Assembly: GCA_032718475.1 (NCBI GenBank) | Contig: JAUCBJ010002868.1 | Location: 1-33,969 of the forward strand | Source: Nemertoderma westbladi | Lineage: Eukaryota; Animalia; Xenacoelomorpha | DNA length: 33,969 bases | Reading direction: 5' to 3' | In this document: one piece after another, positions 1-9,807 of the stretch | Layout of the letters: every line of letters begins with the position of its first letter | How positions within the stretch are numbered: the stretch's first letter is position 1 | Notes under the pieces: model-generated | Seen by the model: only the letters and a program-made list of their open reading frames with translations | The model's database searches: none | What the model was told of the DNA's origin: nothing | Made by a program: the position numbers and the translations under genes

Positions 1-426
1 ACACACCGCTAGTATCCAAGGATACATAATAACAACGTGACATTCTGGAAGGCACTTGACTAACGGACAAATGACCCGAATGTGTAATAGAATGTGTACC
101 ATTTGTGACAGTTACGTGGAATTTGTGCGTTTGTAGATGAATGTTACTACTAAGGTGTGTTTACAGTAGCGAGTCGCAATTGTGAAAGTAGCCCTAACTC
201 TCCAGTAAGAACCTGAAGTATATCTAAGCCTTTGGGACGGACGGTGGAGTGACTCGTGCTGGTTGTTGTAGTCGTTGTGCAGCTACGACGTTGGCGATAG
301 GCACATCGGCGAAAGTACACCAGCGCTGAGGATCTCGCACTGTCCGGGGGCAGAGAGGGGTAGGCAGCGACGCCCGCTCACCTAAATATAAACTCATTAT
401 AATATGGATAAACTTATATAGCAGAT

Positions 427-1248
427 ATGATTGAGTTGATAGAAGATGATCTTGGTATCAGGGAGCGATATACTCTACCTTTACAAGCGTTTGTTGATAG
501 CTTGATATGCGGCGACGCTGGTCCAACTACTACGGAGGACGATGGTCGTTATATCGAACCGCCAATGTCCCAGGAACAACTTACGCGTGAATTAGACTAT
601 AGAAAATTTACCGCTCGCTATACGCATCGTAATGGTACGTATATGGACTTCTTAACTACTGGTCATCTTATCGACCTACACGATACGAACGATATAGACA
701 CCGAAAGGGAAATGGTTTTATTTAAATATCATACCCAGCGGAAGCGGAACGATAAACTGAGATTCGAACACGAAAATTCTATTCGAAACCGACTCGAAAG
801 TGAAGATGTTGAAGAACCGGATAAACGCAGCGACTTCAAAGAATATCTGGAATTCTTGAGAGAAACATATCTCAATATTACCAGTCAACAGAATCTAGAA
901 ACTCGATATCTTCAAGGTATATATCATGACCGCATGGTAGAACTCAAACGGCTCTATTCCACTATGATGTATCTTACCGCTGATCGACCGCTACCTGTTG
1001 CACCGGATAGCTTCGAACAGATGGAGGAATATTGTAAACTGGAGAAAGATCACTCGCGTTTCCCCTACAAGATGTGCGTCTTTGGTATTATTGCGATGAA
1101 TGCCCTAGACCCAACCAACAAACGGAAAGACCTAAACATCCGCGGAGACGTTGCATTAAACACGGTTTTACTCGCTATATTTACGGGAGTTTCGAGCGAA
1201 ACTTGTTCGATGTATCACCTACGCTCGCTCGATTTAAACGATCCTTAA
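427..1248 (+). CDS. Orphan hypothetical protein, 273 aa, acidic and probably helical; possibly viral or Maverick-derived
   Basis: 822-nt uninterrupted non-repetitive ORF in AT-rich DNA with protein-like composition. TATA-like TAAATATAAA at 383-392 and AATAAA (1248-1253) overlapping the stop codon. No domain recognised. Confidence 0.55.
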   Translation: MIELIEDDLGIRERYTLPLQAFVDSLICGDAGPTTTEDDGRYIEPPMSQEQLTRELDYRKFTARYTHRNGTYMDFLTTGHLIDLHDTNDIDTEREMVLFKYHTQRKRNDKLRFEHENSIRNRLESEDVEEPDKRSDFKEYLEFLRETYLNITSQQNLETRYLQGIYHDRMVELKRLYSTMMYLTADRPLPVAPDSFEQMEEYCKLEKDHSRFPYKMCVFGIIAMNALDPTNKRKDLNIRGDVALNTVLLAIFTGVSSETCSMYHLRSLDLNDP

Positions 1249-1256
1249 ATAAACCT

Positions 1257-1502
1257 ATGATCCGAGTTCCGGAATACTCGATCAGACCTCCTCACTCCCT
1301 AGTGAGAACCCAGACTCTTGATCCTAATAGTATCATGGATCCTCCCGAGCTGTACTCACTGTTCAAAGATCTAGTGCTACCCGAACAGTTAGTCGGTGGC
1401 ACTCTGATTGTGGGCTCCCTAAATATTCGCCCATCTTACCTAGTCGGATTGGGACGCGGACATCTAATATCGTCATTCAACCGTATCATCGTCCCTGTTT
1501 AA
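1257..1502 (+). CDS. Small orphan ORF, 81 aa (MIRVPEYSIRPP...RIIVPV)
   Basis: ATG lies 8 nt after the stop of the 273-aa ORF, in the frame of track ORF 1074..1502. Supported only by tight packing; no homology recognised. Confidence 0.3.
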   Translation: MIRVPEYSIRPPHSLVRTQTLDPNSIMDPPELYSLFKDLVLPEQLVGGTLIVGSLNIRPSYLVGLGRGHLISSFNRIIVPV

Positions 1503-1558
1503 CCCGATACAACCTGTCACTGAGGCGGAGGAGAGAGTTGTACGAGACGCGTTGGACA

Positions 1559-1831
1559 CTATTCGTCAAAAGATCGGAAAATGAACCTACAATTGTTTAG
1601 AGAAACGTAAATTGCGGTAGCAAGTCCAAGCGGTAAACGAATTAACTTTATCTCAGTTTGATCAAGAAATCCAGAATCTCTAAGAAGATATCGAACTTGG
1701 ACGACCCTATTCTCTGCGAGAGTTTTTGGATGAACGTATCCAGCTACGAGCGGAGGAAAATCAGCTCGAGGAGAAGCATATCGAAACGGCGGATACCCCA
1801 ACCATAATCCTACACCTTCTGATGAAATCAT
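1559..1831 (-). CDS. Small orphan ORF, 90 aa, convergent with the previous ORF
   Basis: True ATG start and a stop 56 nt from the stop of the 81-aa ORF. TATAAAA-like motifs on the minus strand at about 1960-2000. No homology recognised. Confidence 0.3.
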   Translation of the reverse strand: MISSEGVGLWLGYPPFRYASPRADFPPLVAGYVHPKTLAENRVVQVRYLLRDSGFLDQTEIKLIRLPLGLATAIYVSLNNCRFIFRSFDE

Positions 1832-2468
1832 ATTGCACCCTTCACCCAGGAGTTATAGCCCTCCTAGTAAAGTGGCTCCCCCCAAAGAGAAAAGGACTCT
1901 TGCTAGCTTTAAAAAACTGCGTAAACGCCGTCCACGCAAGAAAGACTAACTGTTTAGAGTATTTTTATATTTTAGAAACTGTGATTTTTTATATTTTATA
2001 GAATTAAATCCCATTTTCTGGGAGCGGTGTAAAAGCTTTTGTGGGATATAACTGGCCCTTTTGCTTCGCAATCCAGTTTCCCTCAATGCGCTCAAATACT
2101 CTAAAGAAAAACTCCCTAACTCAAATGATGCAAGCTACCGGCTGATTGGCTGATTTGCTGTACGTATGGCCTCTTTGTTCTGTTCGATCAACCAACCAGA
2201 GCAAGGTCAACCAAGCAGAGTGATTCATCCTGTATGTTGGCTAAGGGCTGCAAAAACCCGAATAGTTCGGCATTTAGACATTCGTGGAATCTGTGGAATA
2301 TGGAACTCTGCCAATGAGAGCTTTTCCTCTTTGTGTTGAAAGCTACCTGCAACAGCTCACAGGGTTCAGTGTGTTGGTTTTCCTGATGCCATGAACATCG
2401 GCTATGGAATTATTCTGTTTTATTCCAACATTAGAACGGCTTTAATTATAAGAACACATAACTGTTAC

Positions 2469-2514
2469 CGGTACGGTACGGAACGCAGTGGACCGGTACG
2501 GTATGGTACGGTAC
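2469..2514. repeat. Degenerate (CGGTA)n pentanucleotide microsatellite
   Basis: cggtacggtacggaacg...ccggtacggtatggtacggtac read directly from the sequence. Confidence 0.7.
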
Positions 2515-3041
2515 CTACTGCTGTATTGCACATTATTTACTGCTATTTACTGTTTGTTATTAATTGTATCAGTTGTTTACATATTGTTATTTGGAGAATA
2601 ACGATAAACGATCAGAAACCCCGATCTTCTTGATGCACTAAGGTTAGAGAGACTGGTTACATATAGCAATTGCGACTTATATTATCGTGGTTTGTAGTGA
2701 ATTGAATGCTATTTTATAGGCCCTACAAATGTCGGTTGCTATTCTCTTTATATATGATTAAAATCAGTGACTATCGGCAATTCAGTGTGCAGCGGTGTGC
2801 AATAGTCTGTATGTGCTTGTCCACGTAACAAAGCATCTCCTAAAGAATGCGCCTTATGTGTAACTTATAATCCATTCCGTTGTGTTTAGTGTAAGCCATA
2901 GCTCTGTTTATATAGATAGAGCGCCACGTCCTAAAGGAACTGCTAATATTTCCCGAAAGTGAATGATATTTGTCAGGAATTATATTAACGATCAATCGAA
3001 TAGTACGGTAGGCCTGCACCGCAATCAAATTAAAGCATCCG

Positions 3042-3212
3042 AATCCAGTCTCCCGGGTATATCCAGCGGGTGAATGGTCGCGCATAGACTGGCTTCGGCT
3101 AATGTTGGATTTATTTGTGTCAAATACTTGTCATAGGCTAAAGTCGATTTATAACCTAGAAGACGTATAGATTTGGCGGGTTAAACTGCCAAAAGTCTTA
3201 AAAGCGCGAACA
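3042..3212 (+). repeat. Dispersed repeat, probably part of a non-autonomous DNA transposon; inverted copy at the window end
   Basis: tctcccgggtatatccagcgggtgaat...tttggcgggttaaactgccaaa...aaagcgcgaaca aligns with the reverse complement of 33808-33969. Confidence 0.85.
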
Positions 3213-3329
3213 CAACCACATAATGGCACATAGTGTCGAGCCCAATACCTGTTGGCTGATTGACTTGCGAAAGTTTTTAAAACAATTCAAAATTGAAGGT
3301 TTTGGTCTTGTTTTCAAGATTTGTATAGT

Positions 3330-3830
3330 TAGTTACGCCTGTACTTCCTAGTTTCATTGTACCTGTTTCTTTTCCGTCATCTCTAGAGCTAGTCCTTGTT
3401 AATCTCTACCATTCTTATCTACTACGCCTTTATCACTTTTTCTTGGTTCCCCGATTCTGCGTTGCACAAATAATGAAGAGAGAAACGCCTTTCCTACACA
3501 TAATATTGTTTATTAGTTCTGCTTCGAATCTATCAAATATAAGCTTCTCAATCTATCCCACTTATCCGCCTGCGAAACAGCATCCTGGATAGAGGATATA
3601 TATATGTAATGAGATTATGCTTTTAATTTCATGTACTTCAGATTTCCAAATAAATTACTATTGCATTTCGTGATTTTAGAAGGTCAATTAGACGATCGTC
3701 ATTATCTCATATGAGGCGGCGGATTAAGGTCATTTCCTGCTATACATGTTAATTCTCTTTTTGTATTGTCCCATATAGGTCGTTACCTCTTTTGACATAA
3801 TCGATGAAATATAATGCGGAATTACTTGCA
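3330..3830 (-). mobile_element. Highly degraded RTE-clade LINE fragment (RT and C-terminal region)
   Basis: Minus-strand peptides YFIDYVK (3791-3811; cf. FIDYxKAFD), MLFRRRISGID (cf. RRMLRISW), ELINNIMCRK and RRIGEPRK (cf. RGRPRK) occur in the expected order, with many stops and frameshifts. Confidence 0.45.
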
Positions 3831-4523
3831 AATATTTGCTACAACTCCCTGCTCGTAATCTCCCACCCCAATGAAGCTTGACTTTATCACCGCGGGACAT
3901 TCCCACTCGTTAATAGGTTTCATGTAATTCCGTAGAATTCTGGCTCAACAGAAAGTTCAAGGTTTCCATGATTAGCTAGAAACTTGTCAAATTTCTCAGT
4001 TGATTTTGCCCCAAAGTTGAGTTTCGTTCATGATCTAATTAATACAGCTGACATATTATAAATATTATATAAATACACCATGACCCGTAATATAGTGTCA
4101 TTTTCTGATGACAAGGACCCCCCCCCCCCCCCAGATTTTCCTACAAATCTTTATCATATTGCTTGAAATTTGAAACACAACAAGTTCAACTCACCGTCGA
4201 TGACCCCATGAAGCCGGAATTTTCGATTTTGCCTTTAATTTTTTTTTATAGGCGTTTTAAAAAAGTGTCTTTTGAGAAATCGCACCCTCCGTATCATTCC
4301 CATTCTTCACATTAGTCGTAATTTTTTCATATCATTAAAAAGCTTGCGTTGTTGAGAAGCGGCATTAACTGATCGGGCCACATGATGTCAAAATTGTGCT
4401 GTGCATGCACTAGTTCGCGCTGTTAAGTTGAATTAATGCGAATTCAATTAAGTGGCAAACAACTAACTAGAACAGGCAGTCTAAAATAACATAAATTTGA
4501 AATCTAACCCGATTCGTTGTTTC

Positions 4524-4731
4524 TATCAGGGCTCATGTTAGTAACATGAGGGCTCATGTTAGTAACACGAGCCCTCAGGCTACTATTACAGGCCAACAAG
4601 ACAGCTAACACGAGCCCTCATGATAGCTAACACGATCCCTCATGTTACTAACACGAGGGCTCGTGTTAGTAACATACATGAGCGCTCGTGTTAGTAAAAT
4701 ATATTTGTTATGTCCCCTCCCGGGCACCGTA
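4524..4731. mobile_element. One end of an IS3EU-like non-autonomous DNA transposon with ~21-bp subterminal repeats
   Basis: About 7 copies of gagggctc(a/g)tgttagtaacac in both orientations, ending in ...atgtcccctcccgggcaccgta. TAY...RTA termini are typical of IS3EU. The partner end was not found. Confidence 0.45.
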
Positions 4732-5275
4732 ATTAGCAGCTCGCAATAACAATCCCTTTCTGCCTGATCTAACTTTTAAGACATTTATTTTATACAATTT
4801 TATAATAATGAATAAATATTTTTTACACGTTTAATTGGTACCGATTTGCCCCGCTTGGGGGCGTATATATAATAATTAATTAATCAATAACAAAAAGTTT
4901 ACAACGTATGTAAAAATCCATCAGGTAATGAACTCAACTCCTCCGGTTAGAGGATAGCCACAGTTATCCAGTTGTTATTGATTGGATTATTAAACGATAG
5001 CAAACGTCTGACGTCAATATTAAAAACTTAAATATTGTGCTATAGTGGGAATTAGTGTAAAAATAATCGACAATAATCCACAACCTTAGTGGAAAACAAA
5101 TATCAATAAGAAATTTCCAGAGTGCTTTAATATTTTAGATTAATCAGTTTGGTATCAAAGAGAACATTTCATCATCATCATCAAAAGAAATATATAAATC
5201 ATAAGCAAGTTAAAGTCTCGTAACCGAGAATTTGTTACCAAGACAGCAAGACGCGGAAATAGTGCCAGATGTGAA

Positions 5276-5400
5276 CTTGGACTCTTTACCCGAGCTTATA
5301 TCCTAGATGCGTACTTAGATCCTGGGTGCAAACTTAGTCCTGGGTGCGAACCTAGATCCTGGGTGCGAACCTAGATCCTAAACACGAACTTATATCCTAG
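5276..5400. repeat. 19-bp tandem repeat (ctagatcctgggtgcgaac), about 6 degenerate copies
   Basis: Visible period, e.g. ctagatcctgggtgcgaac-ctagatcc. Confidence 0.8.
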
Positions 5401-5620
5401 TGGGGCGAGCCACGAAGTGAGTGAGCCTGAGCGTAGGGGTACCATTAATCAACCTGTCGTTCTGTCGTTCTGTCGCGTTTTTTTTCAGTATTTTATTTTA
5501 AACGTTAATAACTCGGCCAATCCTTGATGAAATCTATCCAAACTTGGTACACATGTTGTTTGGCAAAAGTTTGAAAATTTTCCAAGTAGAATTTGCGTGG
5601 GGCCTTCGTGCAGCATCAGT
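5400..5620 (+). mobile_element. DINE-1/HINE (Helentron-associated)-like non-autonomous element, family A copy 1
   Basis: gtggggcgagccac start, short (ctgtcgtt)n repeat, then ttaataactc...gatgaaatctatccaaacttggtacacatgt...ggcaaaagttt...ttccaagt, which is shared with 14697-14910. The same terminus appears inverted at about 30640-30655. Confidence 0.55.
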
Positions 5621-6281
5621 GTAACTGTTATTGCAGTTATAATACATTTATTTATCCAAATTTAAAATGCGTTAACTTATTATTACTGTAGGATAAATCA
5701 GCTGGGTTTCTAACAAATTTTGCAATACATTGGGGCAGTCTGCATGTACCATGTGTACCGGTACTGTCAGGCTGTACTCAATCCCTGAATCGAGAATCCT
5801 GCAATCAGTCAATACCGTACTGCAATACTGGTCAGCCGGTACCATACACTGCAGACATGCCATATCATGTAATCTAATTAAAGCAACCGGCAACCCTTGC
5901 GGTGATTATAGTTTAGGCCTAATTAGCCCAGTACCGGCACCGGTAATAATAATATAATAGTTTAGATAGTTACCGCTAATCATTCAGTTATTGGCACGGT
6001 ACACCGTATTGCTGTACTGCCGTTGTAGTGCGTACCGTAGGTACCACCCTACTACCGGTACCGGCTGACCGGTGGCAACTAGCACTTCAGCACTTGCAGA
6101 CTTGCACAGCAACAGCACTACCGGCGATACACAGGTTGGAATTTATGTAGAGTTTGCTCAACAGTACAGATATAAAATAGTTATCTAAATTATATATATT
6201 GCTATTGACAAGTATTGAAATATATACCGTTATTCGTGTTATCAGTATTTGCAACATCTGACATTGAAGAGGTGAGAGAAG

Positions 6282-6614
6282 ATGAATACCGGCACTCAAC
6301 AAAACCAACGCTTAGCACAGGTCGGTATGGTTACCTCGAAACCGGCGCGACTGTCCACTCGAATACAACTTCAAAACACAAACGCCAACAATAAACTGAA
6401 AGCGAATCGAACGTCTTCAGAAGAATCTGTCATTGGGACGAAGAAAAGGAAGCCGAAACCACGGGAATGGACCACAGCTAAGATTGAATGCTCCCATTGT
6501 CAGAGTTCCTGGACCGAAATTGAAACACCAATTGCCGATGGGCTTGATCTCTCAAACCAAAACTTCCTCTGCGGGGTTTGCGCGGCAGTAAAGATTGAAA
6601 GTCTGGAAGCTGGC
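6282..6614 (+). mobile_element. Truncated ORF1-like zinc-finger protein of a CR1/L2-clade LINE
   Basis: Basic KKRKPKPR stretch, C-x2-C-x23-C-x2-C (CSHC...FLCGVC, 6489-6581), then the start of a coiled coil (KIESLE). Protein-like character ends at about 6615, where an unrelated AT-rich repeat begins. Confidence 0.5.
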
Positions 6615-6919
6615 ATCCCTAGGTATTATTATTATAAAGAGCGTCAGCCTGCGTTTAATAAATATATTTTAATACAAAACAGGTCGAACGCAAAGAGGCT
6701 TATAATGAAGACGAGTACTGCATTGATTATATTCCTATAAACCACCTGGCTTTGCATATTGAACGTGCGTTTGGAAATAAATCGTGCTACCCTTCCGTGG
6801 GTGGTAGATGTCGCGGTTATGTATTGGTGGGTGGGGGGGGGGGGGGGCAGATTAAAAGGGGTTAACACGTACTGTCCCCCTTTCTTTGATTAATTGGTGG
6901 TGTGGGTTAATCTCTCATA

Positions 6920-7005
6920 ACCTGATTTTGTGATACAGTCGCACAATTTTAATTTGTATCTCATAACTGGGCCTCGTGCTGCGCGAAGGCCCCACGAACG
7001 TGTAA
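6920..7005. repeat. Dispersed ~85-bp repeat, family B copy 1
   Basis: gattttgtgata...ctcataactg(g/a)gcctcgtgctgcgcgaaggccccacgaacgtgt; also at 13605-13683 and 15516-15600. Confidence 0.85.
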
Positions 7006-7052
7006 ATTTAGATCGAAATAGGTATACGTGGAAATGCTTTACAGTATAAGTT

Positions 7053-7329
7053 CCACCTTGGTGTAGTGGTTGCATTGAATTCACATCTCCCGTAGGTCGT
7101 GGGTTCGATCCTCACATGGGCCAGGGCAGTTTTCGTTTCGGCACGAATGTTTTAAAGGGACCAGCCAGGGCGCATATCTGCCTTGCATCCTTAAGTGGTA
7201 GCTAAATGAGTACTGGAGTTTCCTCTGGGGAGTAAACTTCTGGGGGACCGCACTGGAAATAAGTCGTGAGACTTTGTGCGTAATCCCTGGCCTAGCAGCC
7301 GAATAAAATTTACTGTTTACTTATTTACA
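7053..7329 (+). mobile_element. tRNA-derived SINE with a Nin/Deu-type central core
   Basis: A-box TGGTGTAGTGG (7059-7069), B-box GGTTCGATCC (7102-7111), core tctgccttgcatccttaagtggtagctaaatgagtactgg (about 7177-7216), AATAAA plus a (TTTAC)-like tail, and a probable TSD tacagtat at 7040-7047 and 7330-7337. Confidence 0.85.
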
Positions 7330-7426
7330 TACAGTATGGTTAAAATCTTTCCTTTCTTCTAGAACACAGCGTGTACGCATATGTATTCTTATTCATCATA
7401 TTCATCATAAAGCTCTACGATATGTC

Positions 7427-7504
7427 GGAGTTCCGCCGGGCTCAGTTCTTGGGCCGCTATTGTTCAGTATCAATAAACAATCATTCTCCTCAGTTATAAC
7501 GAAT
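7427..7504 (+). mobile_element. Non-LTR reverse transcriptase fragment (CR1/L2-like)
   Basis: Translates to GVPPGSVLGPLLFSI, matching the GVPQGSVLGPLLF RT motif. Confidence 0.7.
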
Positions 7505-7789
7505 CATGATCTTATTATCACCTACCAATAAATTGATTTCAAACCTCCCAATCACCGCCAAACCGCTGAACTCTGATTAACCCAGGATGATGTTGCTTCT
7601 TTCATTTCATTTCAATCTGGCACATCAGATTCCCAGCGGCTTTAATCATTAGTGGTCGATCAACGTTGGAATTTCACTTAAATATAAATGGGATCGCATC
7701 GGGATAAAGAAGTTGATTGTAGTTCGTCGGCCAGGGATATTTCCGCAACTATTGAAGGTCATTTATCACCTGAGAACTATATTACATCG

Positions 7790-8423
7790 TGCCCCGTGAG
7801 TCTTTTTATCGTCAATGCGTGTGCTTGAGTATGGAGCATGTTGCTGACTTGGATCCGGCAGTCGACCTTCGAATATGTAAGGGAAAAGCATGGGCGGGCA
7901 GCTTTTAGTGGGCTGTCCAGGACTTGGAAGTCACATAGTATACGTCGGAAACTTAAGTTTCTATTATTTAGAGCAGCAGTAGAACCAGAACCAGTAATTC
8001 CATATGGTAGTATGGGCCCACCTGATGGGACATACACAAGAATGCTAATACGAAATTTCGGGTTCACTGTGTCAATCTCACATCTCCAGCCAGACACTTT
8101 GCGGCATTGGAGGTATCTCAATGGTTTCTCCAAGCGTGACTTGGTGCATAATCTTGAACTTTGGCAGCCTCATGGTAAAAATTAACAGTAAATGACAGTG
8201 GACAGTAAATGACTTTCATGTGGCGCCTCTTAAGGGTTACTGATCTTGAAGATTTTTTTTATTGTGGTATTATTATCGATAAACCGCCATAGAATTATTA
8301 ATGCAAGCTGCGTTACAGCATGTCAATTGTGGATTCCATGGTGGTAGCACCAATATATTGCTAAGTCGGCATAGCTCTCTTATGCCGCAGGCCGATTATA
8401 GTAATAGTAGTAGTACTGTAGTA
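7790..8423 (+). mobile_element. 3' fragment of an RTE/RTEX-like LINE with (TAG)n tail
   Basis: WKSHSIRRKLKFLLFRAAVE...DGTYTRML...LVHNLELWQPHG matches the RTE-type C-terminus. The 3' end gcaggccgatt(a)tagtaatagtagtag matches the copy at 12005. Confidence 0.8.
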
Positions 8424-8489
8424 TCCGGTCATATCATGGCTCAGTTACACCAAAACAGCCTAACTATTTACAAACCAAGTGATCCCCAA

Positions 8490-8880
8490 TTATGGATTTA
8501 CAAGGAAGTTCAGGGATTTAGGTGTTACTTATCATTAGAAATATAATTATGTCTTTCTTTGTAGCACAGGATCCCTGTAGCACTGGTTATCCCAAACTGC
8601 AAACGAATATAATAAAAGGGCAAAAACAGCATGCCGAAGCAATTAAGACAAGAATAGAGCAAATTTACAGACCTCCGTGGTGGGTAGAAAGGGAATCTCC
8701 CACCAGGTATTTGTGGTTGTTGGTAAGAGGTGAATGTTTCATGTTAAAGTAACAACCTGACATGCACTATGTCTGGGATCGGTTTATAGTAGAATAATGA
8801 TATAACACAGATTTATTAGAAAGACATTGCCTAAAGGTAATAATCCGACCACGAACCTCAGGAAAATCCACTTGGACTCA
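8490..8880 (+). mobile_element. Degraded CR1/L2-like LINE, RT C-terminal region
   Basis: FRDLGVT at 8509-8529, followed by CSTGYPKLQTNIIK (cf. YCSxVWxPxxxxDI) and ANLQT-like remnants. Confidence 0.45.
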
Positions 8881-9097
8881 TTGATTTGTTGCCTGTCTAG
8901 TTAAAGTGCTATGCATCACTGTTATTCTGTGATAACAAAACATTACATAAACATTATACTCTTAGGTTCAATACTACAAGATACCGTAGAGTAGTTCGTA
9001 TACTAAGTTAGCAGTTGGTGGTCTGGAGACTGGGTACAGTCTCCTCTAACCCTTTCCCTTTTAGGGTATCATATATGATACAAGAATGTAATCGCAC

Positions 9098-9440
9098 ATT
9101 GTTAGAGGACCGTTAGGACTTCTTACTGTAAAAGTATTCACTATGTATGTATGTATATCGGGTTAGAAGACCGTTAGGACTTCTTACTGTAAAAGTATTC
9201 ACTATGTATGTATGTATATCAGGTAAACTCCTCCGAAACTATAGCTCGTCCGTCAATGAAAGTTATATCAATCGACGCAGCTCAACCCCAGGATGTGGAA
9301 AAAAGAGTTTCGAAAAAAAAATATCAAAGTTTTTATTTTATTTTGAAAAATAGCCCGAAAACACGAAAATTGCCATAGACTCAATGATAGAAACACCAGC
9401 TGCTGGTGCTCATGAGGGCCCAGTAAGCTAATACTATTAA
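9098..9440 (+). mobile_element. HINE/DINE-1-like element whose first 61 bp are tandemly duplicated
   Basis: 9101-9161 and 9162-9222 are near-identical, each with a (TATG)n microsatellite. The start ttgttag...cttactgtaa resembles the inverted terminus at about 31530-31570. Confidence 0.55.
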
Positions 9441-9501
9441 TTTAATGGATAGGCCCAAACTACAGAGAAGTATATTACTTGCCAAGTTTTAGCAGGCCTA
9501 A

Positions 9502-9807
9502 AAACCCGTTCACATCCAACGGAACGGTACACCGCGCGGTATACCGCAGGGCCAGCGGTACACCGCTGACTGTGAACGACCCAACAGGTAGTTGTGCGCT
9601 GAAACGCGCGGTTTACCGCAGCCCATTTAAACAATGTTAAAACAATTAATGTAATTTCCTGTTGAACAGATAGATCAGTCCAGATCATTTACCGCAACAA
9701 CGGTACCGTTGGATGTGAACGGGCTCCGGGTAGTGCACCGCTGGCTTACCGCTTCAATACCACCCGACTACTTTACCGCTCACGCGCCGTTGGATGTGAA
9801 CGGGGCT
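9502..9807. mobile_element. PIF/Harbinger (Tourist-like) MITE, about 306 bp
   Basis: TIRs cccgttcacatccaacgg and ccgttggatgtgaacggg flanked by TAA and TTA. A third TIR copy sits inside at about 9706-9724, with many ACCGC/GCGGT subrepeats. Confidence 0.75.

Noticed and set aside
311-332. GAAA ... CTGAGGA hammerhead core motifs
   Set aside because: Only 11 nt separate them, too few for stems III and I plus the cleavage triplet.
416-425. ATATAGCAGA just before the ATG of both the orphan ORF and eag (20444-20453, minus), suggesting a shared splice or trans-splice acceptor
   Set aside because: Only two instances in AT-rich DNA, a 9-nt match also occurs at about 21587 with no ORF, and the 416 copy is explained equally well by TA slippage.
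1726-2001. 91-aa plus-strand ORF, and the Cys-rich N-terminal extension of ORF 1074..1502
   Set aside because: Both overlap better-supported ORFs, and the first runs into low-complexity AT-rich sequence.
4524-5400. CRISPR-like appearance of the 21-bp and 19-bp repeat arrays
   Set aside because: No unique spacers of regular length, mixed orientation, eukaryotic context and no cas genes.
7053-7125. Possible tRNA gene
   Set aside because: A and B boxes are present, but the acceptor and anticodon stems do not pair convincingly and the sequence continues into a SINE core and tail.
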